Virus record (IMG/VR): IMGVR_UViG_3300037483_000793
Coordinates: 1 to 64,000 of that record
Source of the DNA: a virus
Strand: one strand, 5' to 3'
DNA length: 64,000 nucleotides
A program made the translations under genes and the position numbers. The notes beneath the pieces are model-generated. The model searched no databases and had not been told where the DNA came from. It was given only the letters and a program-made list of their open reading frames with translations. This document shows positions 19,513 to 28,203 of this stretch, in pieces. How positions within the stretch are numbered: the stretch's first letter is position 1; every line of letters begins with the position of its first letter.

Positions 19513-20135
19513 AAGGCAAGTACATCGTCTTCGAGGGCCCGGACGGCAGCGGCAAGAGCACGCTTGCGAAGATGCTGCTGCACGCGTTACTCGACGCGCA
19601 CAAAGGGCAGATCGTGTGCTCGCTGGCGTTTCCCAGTCGCGAATCAGCCGTCGGTAATCTCATCCGTGACAACTTCGAACGCAAGGTCACGATCAGCCCG
19701 GAAGCCATGATGTGGCTGTTCGTCGCAGAGGGCAAAGACATGGAGCCGCAGATCCGGCGGCGTGTCGCCGAGGGTGGCTGGATCGTATGCGACCGTCACA
19801 CGATGGTTTCGGGGCTTGTCTATCAAGGCAAAATCCACGGTCCTGAGCGTGTCGACGCCGTTACGCGACCCGCGAACTTCACCGTTCCGGATCGTATCTA
19901 TCTCGTCGATGTTCCCGCAGCTGTGTCGCTGCAGCGCCGTGCAGCACGTGGCGGTGATCGCAATGTGCTGTACGAGCCCGAACAGATCGAGCAGGTCGAG
20001 GCACAGTGCAAGAGCTATCGCGATCTTCGTGAGCGATTTGCGTCGAGCGTAATCGTCGACGGTACCAAACCGCTCGAACAGAACATCCGCTGGATGTGGC
20101 AGGATCTCGGCCTTCCAGGCGAGCCCATGCTGTGA
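19509..20135 (+). CDS. tmk: thymidylate kinase
   Basis: IVFEGPDGSGKST P-loop, FPSRE, CDRH, YQG; GTG start at 19509. Confidence 0.9.
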   Translation: MKGKYIVFEGPDGSGKSTLAKMLLHALLDAHKGQIVCSLAFPSRESAVGNLIRDNFERKVTISPEAMMWLFVAEGKDMEPQIRRRVAEGGWIVCDRHTMVSGLVYQGKIHGPERVDAVTRPANFTVPDRIYLVDVPAAVSLQRRAARGGDRNVLYEPEQIEQVEAQCKSYRDLRERFASSVIVDGTKPLEQNIRWMWQDLGLPGEPML

Positions 20136-20422
20136 CAATCCACTCCGACATCGTTCGCCGTGCTCACGAAGAGCACCTCATGTCCGCGTTCGCGGTCGTG
20201 CTCACGCATCCAGCCGGATTCGGCATCGAGCTGTTCGCCGACCTCTGGATCGACCGGCTCGAAGACGGTCGGTTTCGTGTAGCACGCTACGACGTGACGT
20301 TGAAGACGATGCTGTCGGAAGAGCTGTTCAACGACGTGCGTGATGCCGTCAACTACTACCTCGATCTCCGCGACGAGCTGAAGCTGGGGATCGACTACGA
20401 AGGGCTAGATGCTAAGTCGTAG
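20132..20422 (+). CDS. hypothetical protein
   Basis: GTGA overlap; typical codon usage. Confidence 0.6.
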   Translation: MTIHSDIVRRAHEEHLMSAFAVVLTHPAGFGIELFADLWIDRLEDGRFRVARYDVTLKTMLSEELFNDVRDAVNYYLDLRDELKLGIDYEGLDAKS

Positions 20423-20555
20423 GACACAGAAGCAGTTGTGGCAGGAATTGCTCACGCGCAGCGCGATGCCCGACAACCGTCGAGCGCAGCCGCTGCTCTG
20501 GGTCCTGCCACTGCCGCTGATCGTCGCTGCGTTGTATCTGCTCGGCCGAATCTAG
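20409..20555 (+). CDS. small membrane protein (48 aa)
   Basis: Fills the gap before the methylase; C-terminal hydrophobic stretch LLWVLPLPLIVAALYLLG. Confidence 0.4.
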   Translation: MLSRRTQKQLWQELLTRSAMPDNRRAQPLLWVLPLPLIVAALYLLGRI

Positions 20556-20564
20556 GGGAACGTC

Positions 20565-21467
20565 ATGATGAATGAAGTGAACGATAACGTTGACGGTGCG
20601 CAGACCGTCGTCCCGCAAACCGGATCGCTACTACCGCCGCGTGCGAACTGCACCGCACCGATCAAGTGGGTCGGTGGCAAGCGTTGGCTCGTACCGACGA
20701 TCGCGCCATCGATCTACGAGCGGCTCGCAGCAACAGGTGGGCACTACATCGAACCGTTCATGGGCTCGGGTGCTGTTGCGCTCGACCTCGGGCTACCCGG
20801 CATGATCCTCGGTGACGTCTGCAAACCGCTCGTGTCGACATACACGACGATTCGCAAGAGCGCCGAAGCCGTTGCGTGGGCGCTCAAGACGCTCGTCGAG
20901 CGCGGTACCGACAAGGAGAGCTACCTTGCCGTTCGTGCATCGGAGCCGACGAGCATCGTGTTTGCTGCCGCACGCTTCATCTACCTCAACAAGTTCGGCT
21001 TCAACGGGCTCTACCGTGAGAACAGCAAGGGCAAGTTCAATGTCCCGCACGGCGGTGATCGTACGAACACGCGCATCCCCGATCTCGACACGTTGAACGC
21101 GGTCGCAAACGCGCTCAAAGGCGCCGACATCCGTGTGGCCGACTTCCGGCAGACGATCGATCGCGCCAACGAGGGCGACGTCCTCTACGTCGATTCACCG
21201 TACTACGAAACGTTCAGCGACTACACCGCGGGTGGCTTCAGCGACGACGACCATGCAGCGTTGTCGACAGTACTTCGTTCTGCCCACGAGCGCGGTGTGG
21301 TGTTCATCGCCTCGAACAGTGACCACGAACGCGTGCGCGAGCTGTACGACTGGGCAACTGTCGTGCCGGTACATGAGCGTCATGCCGTCGGCGCGACCGG
21401 TGATCGCCGTGGTATGAAAGCCGCTGTGCTGATCCTGTCGGACGAGTCGATCCTGCGAGGAGCCTGA
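20565..21467 (+). CDS. dam: Dam-like (D12 class) DNA adenine methyltransferase
   Basis: KWVGGKRWL, YIEPFMGSGAV, YLNKFGFNGLYREN; motif IV reads DSPY. Confidence 0.85.
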   Translation: MMNEVNDNVDGAQTVVPQTGSLLPPRANCTAPIKWVGGKRWLVPTIAPSIYERLAATGGHYIEPFMGSGAVALDLGLPGMILGDVCKPLVSTYTTIRKSAEAVAWALKTLVERGTDKESYLAVRASEPTSIVFAAARFIYLNKFGFNGLYRENSKGKFNVPHGGDRTNTRIPDLDTLNAVANALKGADIRVADFRQTIDRANEGDVLYVDSPYYETFSDYTAGGFSDDDHAALSTVLRSAHERGVVFIASNSDHERVRELYDWATVVPVHERHAVGATGDRRGMKAAVLILSDESILRGA

Positions 21468-21468
21468 C

Positions 21469-21741
21469 GTGGCCAATCCCAAGCTCTTCAAACTGCCCGA
21501 CGATCATGTCTACCCGGACGGCGTTGCGCTCAAGACGATTCGTGACGCGATCATCGCCGCGGGCCAGACCGGCATGTGGGGCACGACGTGGGAGATAGCC
21601 AAGCGCTATCACCTGCAAGAGGCGCTCTGCATGAAGTGCGCAAAGGCGATTCACTCGTCGCAGGGTACGTACCTGACCCGCAACGGTCAGGCGATGCGGT
21701 TCTGCTCGCGTTGCGTCAGTGAAATGCCACGCAATCACTGA
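21469..21741 (+). CDS. hypothetical Zn-finger protein
   Basis: Two CxxC motifs. Confidence 0.6.
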   Translation: MANPKLFKLPDDHVYPDGVALKTIRDAIIAAGQTGMWGTTWEIAKRYHLQEALCMKCAKAIHSSQGTYLTRNGQAMRFCSRCVSEMPRNH

Positions 21742-21744
21742 TCG

Positions 21745-21975
21745 ATGCAATTCGTTACGTCGAAGCGCCGTAGCGGTCGTCGTTGGGCTGCTTGGGCAGC
21801 GAAACGTCGCTGGACTGCACCGCTCGATCACGATCTATCCGTGCCACTGGAACACCGAATCCCGCCGTACGCGGAGTGCCAAGGCCCAGACGATCCGTGC
21901 TGTGGTCGCTGTCGTTTCAGTGTTCACGGCTGCAACGACAACGGACCGTCACGCGCCCAGTTTCTGGTCGATTAG
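21745..21975 (+). CDS. hypothetical Cys-rich protein
   Basis: Last ORF of the rightward operon; C-terminal Cys cluster. Confidence 0.4.
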   Translation: MQFVTSKRRSGRRWAAWAAKRRWTAPLDHDLSVPLEHRIPPYAECQGPDDPCCGRCRFSVHGCNDNGPSRAQFLVD

Positions 21976-22685
21976 TCGCGGTGCTGATCCTGACGCAACC
22001 ACCAGAAGCTGGTGATGCTGTCGAGCGACGCCGGGTTGAGCTGTCCGCGCGACGCAGCCTGACGCGTACCGTCTTCGGACAGATCGAACAGGTTCGCCAA
22101 CTCGCGGTAGCCGTACGACCACCGACTGCGTCGCGCGCTACGAACATGAACGTCGGCAGGCACGGCGAGATTGTCGGGATGGTTGTTCCACGGATTCTGA
22201 TCGACGTGCTCGACTGCGCCTGTGCCGATGACACCGAAGATCACGCGACAGATCGGTGTGTACTCGCGGCCGGTCCACAGCATGAAGTGGTCGTCGATGA
22301 TCTTCGCGAACGGCTGTAACGGACCGCCGTGCTGGTCACACAAGCCCGGCTGCAACATTGTTGCGGCGCAGCTCGGGAACCCGCAGCGAAACAAATCGAA
22401 CCGCGGCCAGCGGGTCTGCCAACGCTTGAGCGTCGTGTGCCCGTGCAGCGCCTGAACCGCTTCGTCGTCCGTGAGTCGAACCGAGCGCCCGGCGAGCGCA
22501 TCTACTATGTAGCGTGCGGCTGTACGTGCGTCGGTCGTGGTTCGCAGCTTGGACCGTGTCGTGGCCGGTGCTTCATCAGCGGCGCGGGCCAGATCGTCGA
22601 ACGTGAACAGCCGACTCGGACCCCGTTCGCGGTGCTTTTGGCGGAACACCTTGCGCGGATTCTCGCCTCTCTTGAGGATTGGCAT
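21972..22685 (-). CDS. HNH_3-like protein
   Basis: VEHVDQNPWNNHPDNL resembles the HNH core; preceded by CxxxxC...C..H and HTH-like segments. Confidence 0.55.
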   Translation of the reverse strand: MPILKRGENPRKVFRQKHRERGPSRLFTFDDLARAADEAPATTRSKLRTTTDARTAARYIVDALAGRSVRLTDDEAVQALHGHTTLKRWQTRWPRFDLFRCGFPSCAATMLQPGLCDQHGGPLQPFAKIIDDHFMLWTGREYTPICRVIFGVIGTGAVEHVDQNPWNNHPDNLAVPADVHVRSARRSRWSYGYRELANLFDLSEDGTRQAASRGQLNPASLDSITSFWWLRQDQHRD

Positions 22686-22745
22686 CGCCGGTTGACCGCA
22701 AGTGTACTTCAAACGTGGCTGAAACGCGCAGGAAGCCATGACGTC

Positions 22746-22761
22746 GATCGCAGCAGCGATC
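22746..22761. promoter_or_regulatory. palindromic site GATCGC-N4-GCGATC
   Basis: GATCGCAGCAGCGATC, intergenic; a 1-mismatch copy lies at 22776-22791. Confidence 0.55.
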
Positions 22762-22852
22762 GTCTTGACGTTGGCGATCGCTCATGGGATCGTTCTTGTC
22801 GAACCCGATAGAAGGCATGTCGCCAACTTGAAGGACAACCCTCACAAGGAAC

Positions 22853-23026
22853 ATGAAGATGAGCAACGAGAACCTCATGGGCGACGGTCTCGGCAAGCGC
22901 CGCCGCCGCCGCAAGAAGAGCCGGGGCCTCGGCCGCAAGGGCCGCAAGGGTCGCAAGATCTGTATCCGCACCGCCGCGGGTACCAAGGTCTGCGGCACCC
23001 GCTGGCGTCGGCGCCGCCGCAAGTAG
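22853..23026 (+). CDS. protamine-like basic protein (57 aa, 25 K/R)
   Basis: Manual translation MKMSNENLMGDGLGKRRRRRKKSRGLGRKGRKGRKICIRTAAGTKVCGTRWRRRRRK; RBS AAGGA; followed by a terminator. Confidence 0.75.
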   Translation: MKMSNENLMGDGLGKRRRRRKKSRGLGRKGRKGRKICIRTAAGTKVCGTRWRRRRRK

Positions 23027-23055
23027 GCCCGGCGCGCAAGCGCTAGCCTGAGAAC

Positions 23056-23091
23056 AGGGCCGTGTGCGATACGTCGTACGCGGCCCTTTTT
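23056..23091 (+). terminator. intrinsic terminator
   Basis: 14-bp stem AGGGCCGTGTGCGA/TCGTACGCGGCCCT (two G-U pairs), 4-nt loop, then a T run. Confidence 0.7.
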
Positions 23092-23119
23092 CGATCTGCC
23101 TGCAGCCTCGACCTACCCC

Positions 23120-23350
23120 ATGTCCAAGCGCACCCTCTTCGAGAATCTTGCTGTTGGTTCGTGCTACGCGCACGAATCGAGCACGCGGCATGCGACACGA
23201 CGCAAGATCGACGCGCGCCACACCATCACCCTTCCCGACGGTCGCCGTACGTTCCGCGTCGAGGACATCGAGACGCCCGTGTACGTTCGTCCGTGCGCTG
23301 TGAGCTTCGGCCGTCGCCGTAAGCGTCGCAAGAACAAGAGGAGTCGCTAG
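23120..23350 (+). CDS. small basic protein
   Basis: C-terminal FGRRRKRRKNKRSR tail. Confidence 0.7.
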   Translation: MSKRTLFENLAVGSCYAHESSTRHATRRKIDARHTITLPDGRRTFRVEDIETPVYVRPCAVSFGRRRKRRKNKRSR

Positions 23351-23352
23351 TC

Positions 23353-23595
23353 ATGGCAAAGTCGAAGAAGCGCAAACGTCAGTACTTCTGTGTCGGCGGC
23401 TGGACGAGCAAGCGTGACGCCGAAGCGGACGCCGCCATCTTCAAGAAGACTGGCGGTCATCGCGCCACCGTCAAGAAGACCCGCAGCGGCTACAAGGTCT
23501 GCTACACGATGGGCGCCAAGCGCCGCGGCAATGTCCCTGCGCACTTGCGTGGTAGTGGTGTGGGCAAGCGCCGTCGTCGGAAAGCGCGTCGGTAG
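23353..23595 (+). CDS. small basic protein
   Basis: K/R-rich at both ends (MAKSKKRKR; GKRRRRKARR). Confidence 0.75.
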   Translation: MAKSKKRKRQYFCVGGWTSKRDAEADAAIFKKTGGHRATVKKTRSGYKVCYTMGAKRRGNVPAHLRGSGVGKRRRRKARR

Positions 23596-23598
23596 GTC

Positions 23599-23901
23599 AT
23601 GGCGAAACGCCGCGAGCACGTCTCGCTCATCATCAAGGGCCCCAAGAAGAGCGCGAAGCGCGCCGCGTCCAGATACGGTGTGCCGATGGCATCGTGCGTG
23701 TCGCATGGGCAGGACGTGCAGTGCTTCGTCGCCTGCACACCGTCGACACGCGACCGCCTCGACAAGTGGTTCACTTCGGGTCGCCGCAACCGTTCTACGA
23801 CACGGACGTGGAATCCGCCCGGCACGCTGCTGTACGTTGGCGGCTCGTGCCTGAGTGCACTCGACGGCGCTCGTCCTCGTCGTAAGCTGCGGAGGCGCTG
23901 A
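23599..23901 (+). CDS. small basic Cys-containing protein
   Basis: K/R-rich; tail GARPRRKLRRR. Confidence 0.75.
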   Translation: MAKRREHVSLIIKGPKKSAKRAASRYGVPMASCVSHGQDVQCFVACTPSTRDRLDKWFTSGRRNRSTTRTWNPPGTLLYVGGSCLSALDGARPRRKLRRR

Positions 23902-23903
23902 AC

Positions 23904-25208
23904 ATGGCCGCGATCATTCCTCACCTCGAAGTCCCCAGCGACGTCTCGCCTGTCGAGCGCGCTTACGACATGTGCGTCGGGTCGTTGGCCGGTGACAGCC
24001 TCGGCGAAGATCATCCCGCGTGCCCCGCCCCGCAAGCCGTTCTCGCGGACAGTCACGCTGGTCTACTCGGCATGGTGTTCGTACGCGATGCCGTGTTCGA
24101 CAGCCTTCAGGGTTTGCAGTTCACGGTGCAGCCCGGTAACGCACAGGAGAAGGACACCAAGAAGGTCTACCTCGTGCTCGATCGGCCGATCGGTCCCGGT
24201 CCCGCGTGGAACCCGGCGACCAACCCCGGCGTGCGTCAGTACAAGGCACTGTCGTGGACATCGAAGATGAATGCGCCGAGCTGGAGCATTCCTGCAGGCG
24301 CGCCACAAATCGGCGGCGCGTGCCCCGGTGCAACAGCGGGACAGAGCATCGTCCCCGAGGGTGCACTCCGTGCCGGTGCACGCCTCGTCAACATCGGTCT
24401 GGGTCGTCCATCGGACGCACCTGTCAACCTCGCGCAGTCGATTTGCCAGCACTGCTACGCGACCGGCGGCCAGTACTCGACGGGCCAGGTGCAGTTCGCT
24501 CAGATCCTGCGCTTCCTGTGGGCGCGTCAGGCGATCAACTTCCGCGTCGACACACCGCACGGACCGTCCACCACGTTCATCGAGGCGATGGTCTACGCGA
24601 TCGACAACGCCGACTACAAGCTCGGTGGCGGAACGCTGCAAGCTGATCCCGAGACCGGCGAGAAGTCGCAGGCGCTGCCGCCCGAACCCACCGGTCGGCG
24701 GTTCTTTCGCATCCACGACAGCGGTGACTTCTTCGAGGAAGAGTACCTCGCGCAGTGGAAAGCGATCGCTGACCGGCTACCGGACATTACGTTCTGGGCA
24801 CCGTCGCGGATCTGGGCAACGAGCTGGGGCATCGCTGCCGTCAACCGCATCAACCACGACCCACGCAACTTCATCATCCGGCCGAGTGCATACGAGGTGA
24901 ACGAAGAAGGTCCACCGAATCTCGGGCCTGGTTGGGCGGGTGCAACAACGGTGCTGCAGGTGCAGCAGAACCTCGGTATGACACCCGAGCGCGAGAAGTA
25001 CGTCTACGAACACGCGCATCGCTTTCCGCCGAAGCTGACCGGACCGGACCCGCGCTACACCTGGAACTGCCAGGCGTACGCAACCGACGATCAAGGCCAC
25101 ACGTGCCGCAAGGCGGTTGCGCCTCCAGGTTACGGTGGTGCCGACGGCAAGGGTTGTCGCGCGTGTTGGATCGCACCGGACGAGATCGTCAACTACTCGC
25201 TGCACTGA
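23904..25208 (+). CDS. GP88-like (radical-SAM-related) phage protein
   Basis: WSIPAG...ACPG...CQHCYA and RFFRIHDSGDFF motifs. Confidence 0.65.
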   Translation: MAAIIPHLEVPSDVSPVERAYDMCVGSLAGDSLGEDHPACPAPQAVLADSHAGLLGMVFVRDAVFDSLQGLQFTVQPGNAQEKDTKKVYLVLDRPIGPGPAWNPATNPGVRQYKALSWTSKMNAPSWSIPAGAPQIGGACPGATAGQSIVPEGALRAGARLVNIGLGRPSDAPVNLAQSICQHCYATGGQYSTGQVQFAQILRFLWARQAINFRVDTPHGPSTTFIEAMVYAIDNADYKLGGGTLQADPETGEKSQALPPEPTGRRFFRIHDSGDFFEEEYLAQWKAIADRLPDITFWAPSRIWATSWGIAAVNRINHDPRNFIIRPSAYEVNEEGPPNLGPGWAGATTVLQVQQNLGMTPEREKYVYEHAHRFPPKLTGPDPRYTWNCQAYATDDQGHTCRKAVAPPGYGGADGKGCRACWIAPDEIVNYSLH

Positions 25209-25219
25209 AGGAGCCCGCC

Positions 25220-25420
25220 GTGGCGAAGAAGAAAAAGAAATCTACTTGCACCGTGACGTTCACTGCGTCGGCACACGGACCGTCTGCGGTGCTCTACGAC
25301 AAGCGTGGGCGATCCATCAACGTGATGAACTTCCCGAAGGGTCACCGACTGACAGCGAAGGATCAGGCGCGTGCGCGTAAGCGGCTCCTCGCGAGCTGCC
25401 GCGAACTTTCCCGTCGCTAA
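25220..25420 (+). CDS. small basic protein
   Basis: RBS AAGGAG plus GTG; MAKKKKKSTC... Confidence 0.75.
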   Translation: MAKKKKKSTCTVTFTASAHGPSAVLYDKRGRSINVMNFPKGHRLTAKDQARARKRLLASCRELSRR

Positions 25421-25431
25421 AGGAGCCTGCC

Positions 25432-25887
25432 GTGGCGAAGAAGAAAACATCGACCGCAAAGAACGTCGTCAAGCAAGCCGACGTTCCGTGCTTGCGCGTC
25501 GTCGTCGGCGGCAAGCCCGGCAAGACTGGCCAGAGCGACGCGAAGTCGTGTGCGATTGTCGGTGAGAGCCGCGGCGCCGCGACGAAGTTCGATCTCGGCC
25601 GCAAGTACAAATCGACCAGCAAGACCGTCTCGACGCCGGGCAAGAACAAGCCGTGTCTCGGCGCGCTCAAGCGCTCTGGCTGCCCCGTACAGCTTGCGTT
25701 CGAGGATGGTCAGCCGTTCCTGCGGTTCTGTACCATCGAGAAGAAGGCAGGCTACCGCGTCAACGTCGACACGCCCGCCGAAGCCGTCAAGCAGGCCAAT
25801 GCTGCGTGCGCGACCTGGAAAGCCACCGGCAAGTTCGACTTCCCGGCGGGAACCCCGCTGCGCGGTACGCGTAAGTCGAGCAAATAA
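25432..25887 (+). CDS. basic Cys-containing protein
   Basis: Leader and start nearly identical to the previous gene (AAGGAGCC.GCCGTGGCGAAGAAGAAA). Confidence 0.8.
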   Translation: MAKKKTSTAKNVVKQADVPCLRVVVGGKPGKTGQSDAKSCAIVGESRGAATKFDLGRKYKSTSKTVSTPGKNKPCLGALKRSGCPVQLAFEDGQPFLRFCTIEKKAGYRVNVDTPAEAVKQANAACATWKATGKFDFPAGTPLRGTRKSSK

Positions 25888-25888
25888 C

Positions 25889-25904
25889 GATCGCGCACGC
25901 GATC
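25889..25904. promoter_or_regulatory. palindromic site GATCGC-N4-GCGATC
   Basis: GATCGCGCACGCGATC followed by GTGG-TAGGCT. Confidence 0.65.
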
Positions 25905-25934
25905 GTGGTAGGCTGAAGCCCAAGGAGCTGCCCC

Positions 25935-26360
25935 GTGCCACACGTTTTCACCCTCGAAGGCAACACGCCCAGCCAGCTCGCGGGCCTCCGCGCCGGGCCT
26001 GTCGTCTCGTTCCCGCCGGGCGGCTCTGCGCTATCGCCGAGCACCGCGATCGTTGGGCCAACGCGTGTCGCGACCCAGGTGTTCGGTCCGGGCGGCACGC
26101 CCGTCATGTACCGTCGGCGCTACCCCGCGCGCGGTCCGGTGTGCGACTACTGCGATCCGAACTACTTCACCGTCATGAACGGTGGGCAGCCGACGATCCC
26201 GTCGCACACCCAGCAGTTCGGCAACGCCGACGCCGTCGAGTGGCTACGGCAGCGCAATCCACTCGTCGCGGGCTTGCTCATCCTCGGCGGCTCACTCGCG
26301 AGCGGGGCCGCCCTCGGTGGCTTCGCCATCTGGCTATCCCGCAAGGTTGCAACGTCGTAG
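25935..26360 (+). CDS. C-terminally membrane-anchored protein (putative virion)
   Basis: Terminal transmembrane segment LVAGLLILGGSLASGAALGGFAIWL followed by basic residues. Confidence 0.75.
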   Translation: MPHVFTLEGNTPSQLAGLRAGPVVSFPPGGSALSPSTAIVGPTRVATQVFGPGGTPVMYRRRYPARGPVCDYCDPNYFTVMNGGQPTIPSHTQQFGNADAVEWLRQRNPLVAGLLILGGSLASGAALGGFAIWLSRKVATS

Positions 26361-26369
26361 CCAACCGTT

Positions 26370-26385
26370 GATCGCTCACGCGATC
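26370..26385. promoter_or_regulatory. palindromic site GATCGC-N4-GCGATC
   Basis: GATCGCTCACGCGATC nested in an outer inverted repeat CCAACCGT/ACGGTTGG. Confidence 0.65.
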
Positions 26386-26446
26386 GACGTTACGGTTGGG
26401 GTACCTCGTCGCACCACGCGACCCGGTTACGGCAAGGAGGCCCAAG

Positions 26447-26839
26447 ATGGGTACGAAGGCAGGCGTTCTTCTCTGGAATCGACAGCGGCTCACGCTCGCT
26501 GCCGGACTCACAACCATCGACACGGGACTCCGTCAGGTCGGCAAGGCGTTCGGCAACATGTCGCCGAACGAACCACCGCTCGGCGTCAGTGCTGCGCCGC
26601 CCGGCCCACCGGACGGTACCGCACCCGCATCGCGCGTGATGGTCATCCCGATGCCGGTCGGATACGCGGCATGGATCAACATCACGCACGGCGAGCCGTT
26701 CGTCGATCCGGCAACCGGCACCATCAAGGTCACGTTTGCGAACAGTGACAAGACACCGGCCACCGTCAACGTCCTGTTCTGGAATCCGCACAGCATCCCG
26801 GGTCCAGGCCAGGCCGATACCTACAACGAGGCGGCCTAG
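26447..26839 (+). CDS. beta-rich putative structural protein, paralog 1 of tandem triplet
   Basis: KAG.LLWNR, IDTG, GEPFVDPATGT, NVLFWNPHSI.GPG.AD motifs; RBS GGAGG. Confidence 0.85.
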   Translation: MGTKAGVLLWNRQRLTLAAGLTTIDTGLRQVGKAFGNMSPNEPPLGVSAAPPGPPDGTAPASRVMVIPMPVGYAAWINITHGEPFVDPATGTIKVTFANSDKTPATVNVLFWNPHSIPGPGQADTYNEAA

Positions 26840-26841
26840 TC

Positions 26842-27174
26842 ATGAGCAAGAAAGCAGGCGCACTTCTCTGGAATCGTCGGCGCCTTGACTTCGAGGGTGG
26901 CCCCGTCGACATCGACACGGGCCTCACACAGGTCAACAAGAGCTTCGGCGGTATGTCGCTGAACGAGCCGGGACTCGCGTCACGTACGCAAGTCGTCCCG
27001 CTCTCGCCGATCGCGGGTTGGGCAGGTGTCACACACGGTGAGCCGTTCTTCGATCCCGCGACGGGCACCGTGCACGTCACGATCACGACACCCGGTGTCA
27101 CAACTCTCAACGTTCTCTTCTGGGATCCTCACTCGATCCTTGGACCGGGTGACGCCGATCCGTACGGAGGCTGA
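26842..27174 (+). CDS. beta-rich putative structural protein, paralog 2
   Basis: Same motifs as paralog 1. Confidence 0.85.
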   Translation: MSKKAGALLWNRRRLDFEGGPVDIDTGLTQVNKSFGGMSLNEPGLASRTQVVPLSPIAGWAGVTHGEPFFDPATGTVHVTITTPGVTTLNVLFWDPHSILGPGDADPYGG

Positions 27175-27176
27175 TC

Positions 27177-27545
27177 ATGAGCACCAAGGCAGGCACTCTT
27201 CTCTGGAATCGCATCCACGTCACGTTTCCGCCGGACACGAACTCGGTCACGATCGATACGGGTATTCGGCAGGTCAACAAGAGCTTCCCCGCCATGTCAC
27301 CGGGCGAGCCGAGCCTCGCTGATCCGACACGCATCCAAGTGATCCCGCTCGCTCCGACCGCGGAGTGGAGCGGGATGGGTATGTCGGAACCGGTTGTGAA
27401 TCCGGCAACGGGCACCATCGAGATCACGTTCGGTGGTGGGGCCATACCCGAACCACCGTTCCAGCGCGGCCCGTTGAACGTACTGGTCTGGGATCCCCAC
27501 TCGATCGTGGGCCCCGGCGACGCAGACATCTACAACGACGACTAG
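27177..27545 (+). CDS. beta-rich putative structural protein, paralog 3
   Basis: Same motifs as paralog 1. Confidence 0.85.
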   Translation: MSTKAGTLLWNRIHVTFPPDTNSVTIDTGIRQVNKSFPAMSPGEPSLADPTRIQVIPLAPTAEWSGMGMSEPVVNPATGTIEITFGGGAIPEPPFQRGPLNVLVWDPHSIVGPGDADIYNDD

Positions 27546-28117
27546 CTCTCGGGCGGTTGTTTCTGTGCAGCGTGCATCGCAAATTTCGCGATGCGATCAC
27601 GTTGCAGAAGCACCCAGCGCGCGTACTTCGACGTCTTGTAGTTGGTGAGCGCCGCGTTGCCACCGTTGTAACCGGCAAGCGCGCAACGCAGCCGCAGGTC
27701 GTCGTCGAGCGCCGCACAGCGCTTGTCATTGCGCCAGGCCTGCAGGTGCGCAGCACCGACCGAATACGCGTACGTGACGTCTTCACGCATCCGCTGGCAC
27801 TCGTCCCACGCCACGTAGCCGCCGGTCTGCATGACGCCACAGAACCAGCTCGGACGCGCTCGCGGCGGCTTCGTGGCCTTGGGCCAAATACCTGTCTTGC
27901 GTGTGCAGCTCTCCGGATCGTCGGTCGCGCACTCCTTCCGGCTCAACGCGCGACCGTCGTAGCGCGATTCGATGTACGCGATACTGAGCAAGATCTCGAC
28001 GGGGACGTCGTGCTCGATCGCTGCTGCTTGTACCGCTTCTGCGTGCGCAAGCGCGCGATCGGCAGGAACGTTCGAGACCATCGCAATGATGGCTGTGACC
28101 AGGCTTTCGATCGACAT
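27542..28117 (-). CDS. lytic transglycosylase (SLT domain)
   Basis: IAYIESRY (catalytic Glu), GVMQ, AGYNGG; hydrophobic N-terminus. Confidence 0.85.
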   Translation of the reverse strand: MSIESLVTAIIAMVSNVPADRALAHAEAVQAAAIEHDVPVEILLSIAYIESRYDGRALSRKECATDDPESCTRKTGIWPKATKPPRARPSWFCGVMQTGGYVAWDECQRMREDVTYAYSVGAAHLQAWRNDKRCAALDDDLRLRCALAGYNGGNAALTNYKTSKYARWVLLQRDRIAKFAMHAAQKQPPES

Positions 28118-28170
28118 GGCCGCGAACCTACTACGAGTTTGGGGCCACGGAAGGCGCGGATCGCCATCGT

Positions 28171-28186
28171 GATCGCGCGCGCGATC
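28171..28186. promoter_or_regulatory. palindromic site GATCGC-N4-GCGATC
   Basis: GATCGCGCGCGCGATC between divergent genes, followed by GGTGG-TAGGCT. Confidence 0.65.
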
Positions 28187-28203
28187 GGTGGTAGGCTGGA
28201 GTC

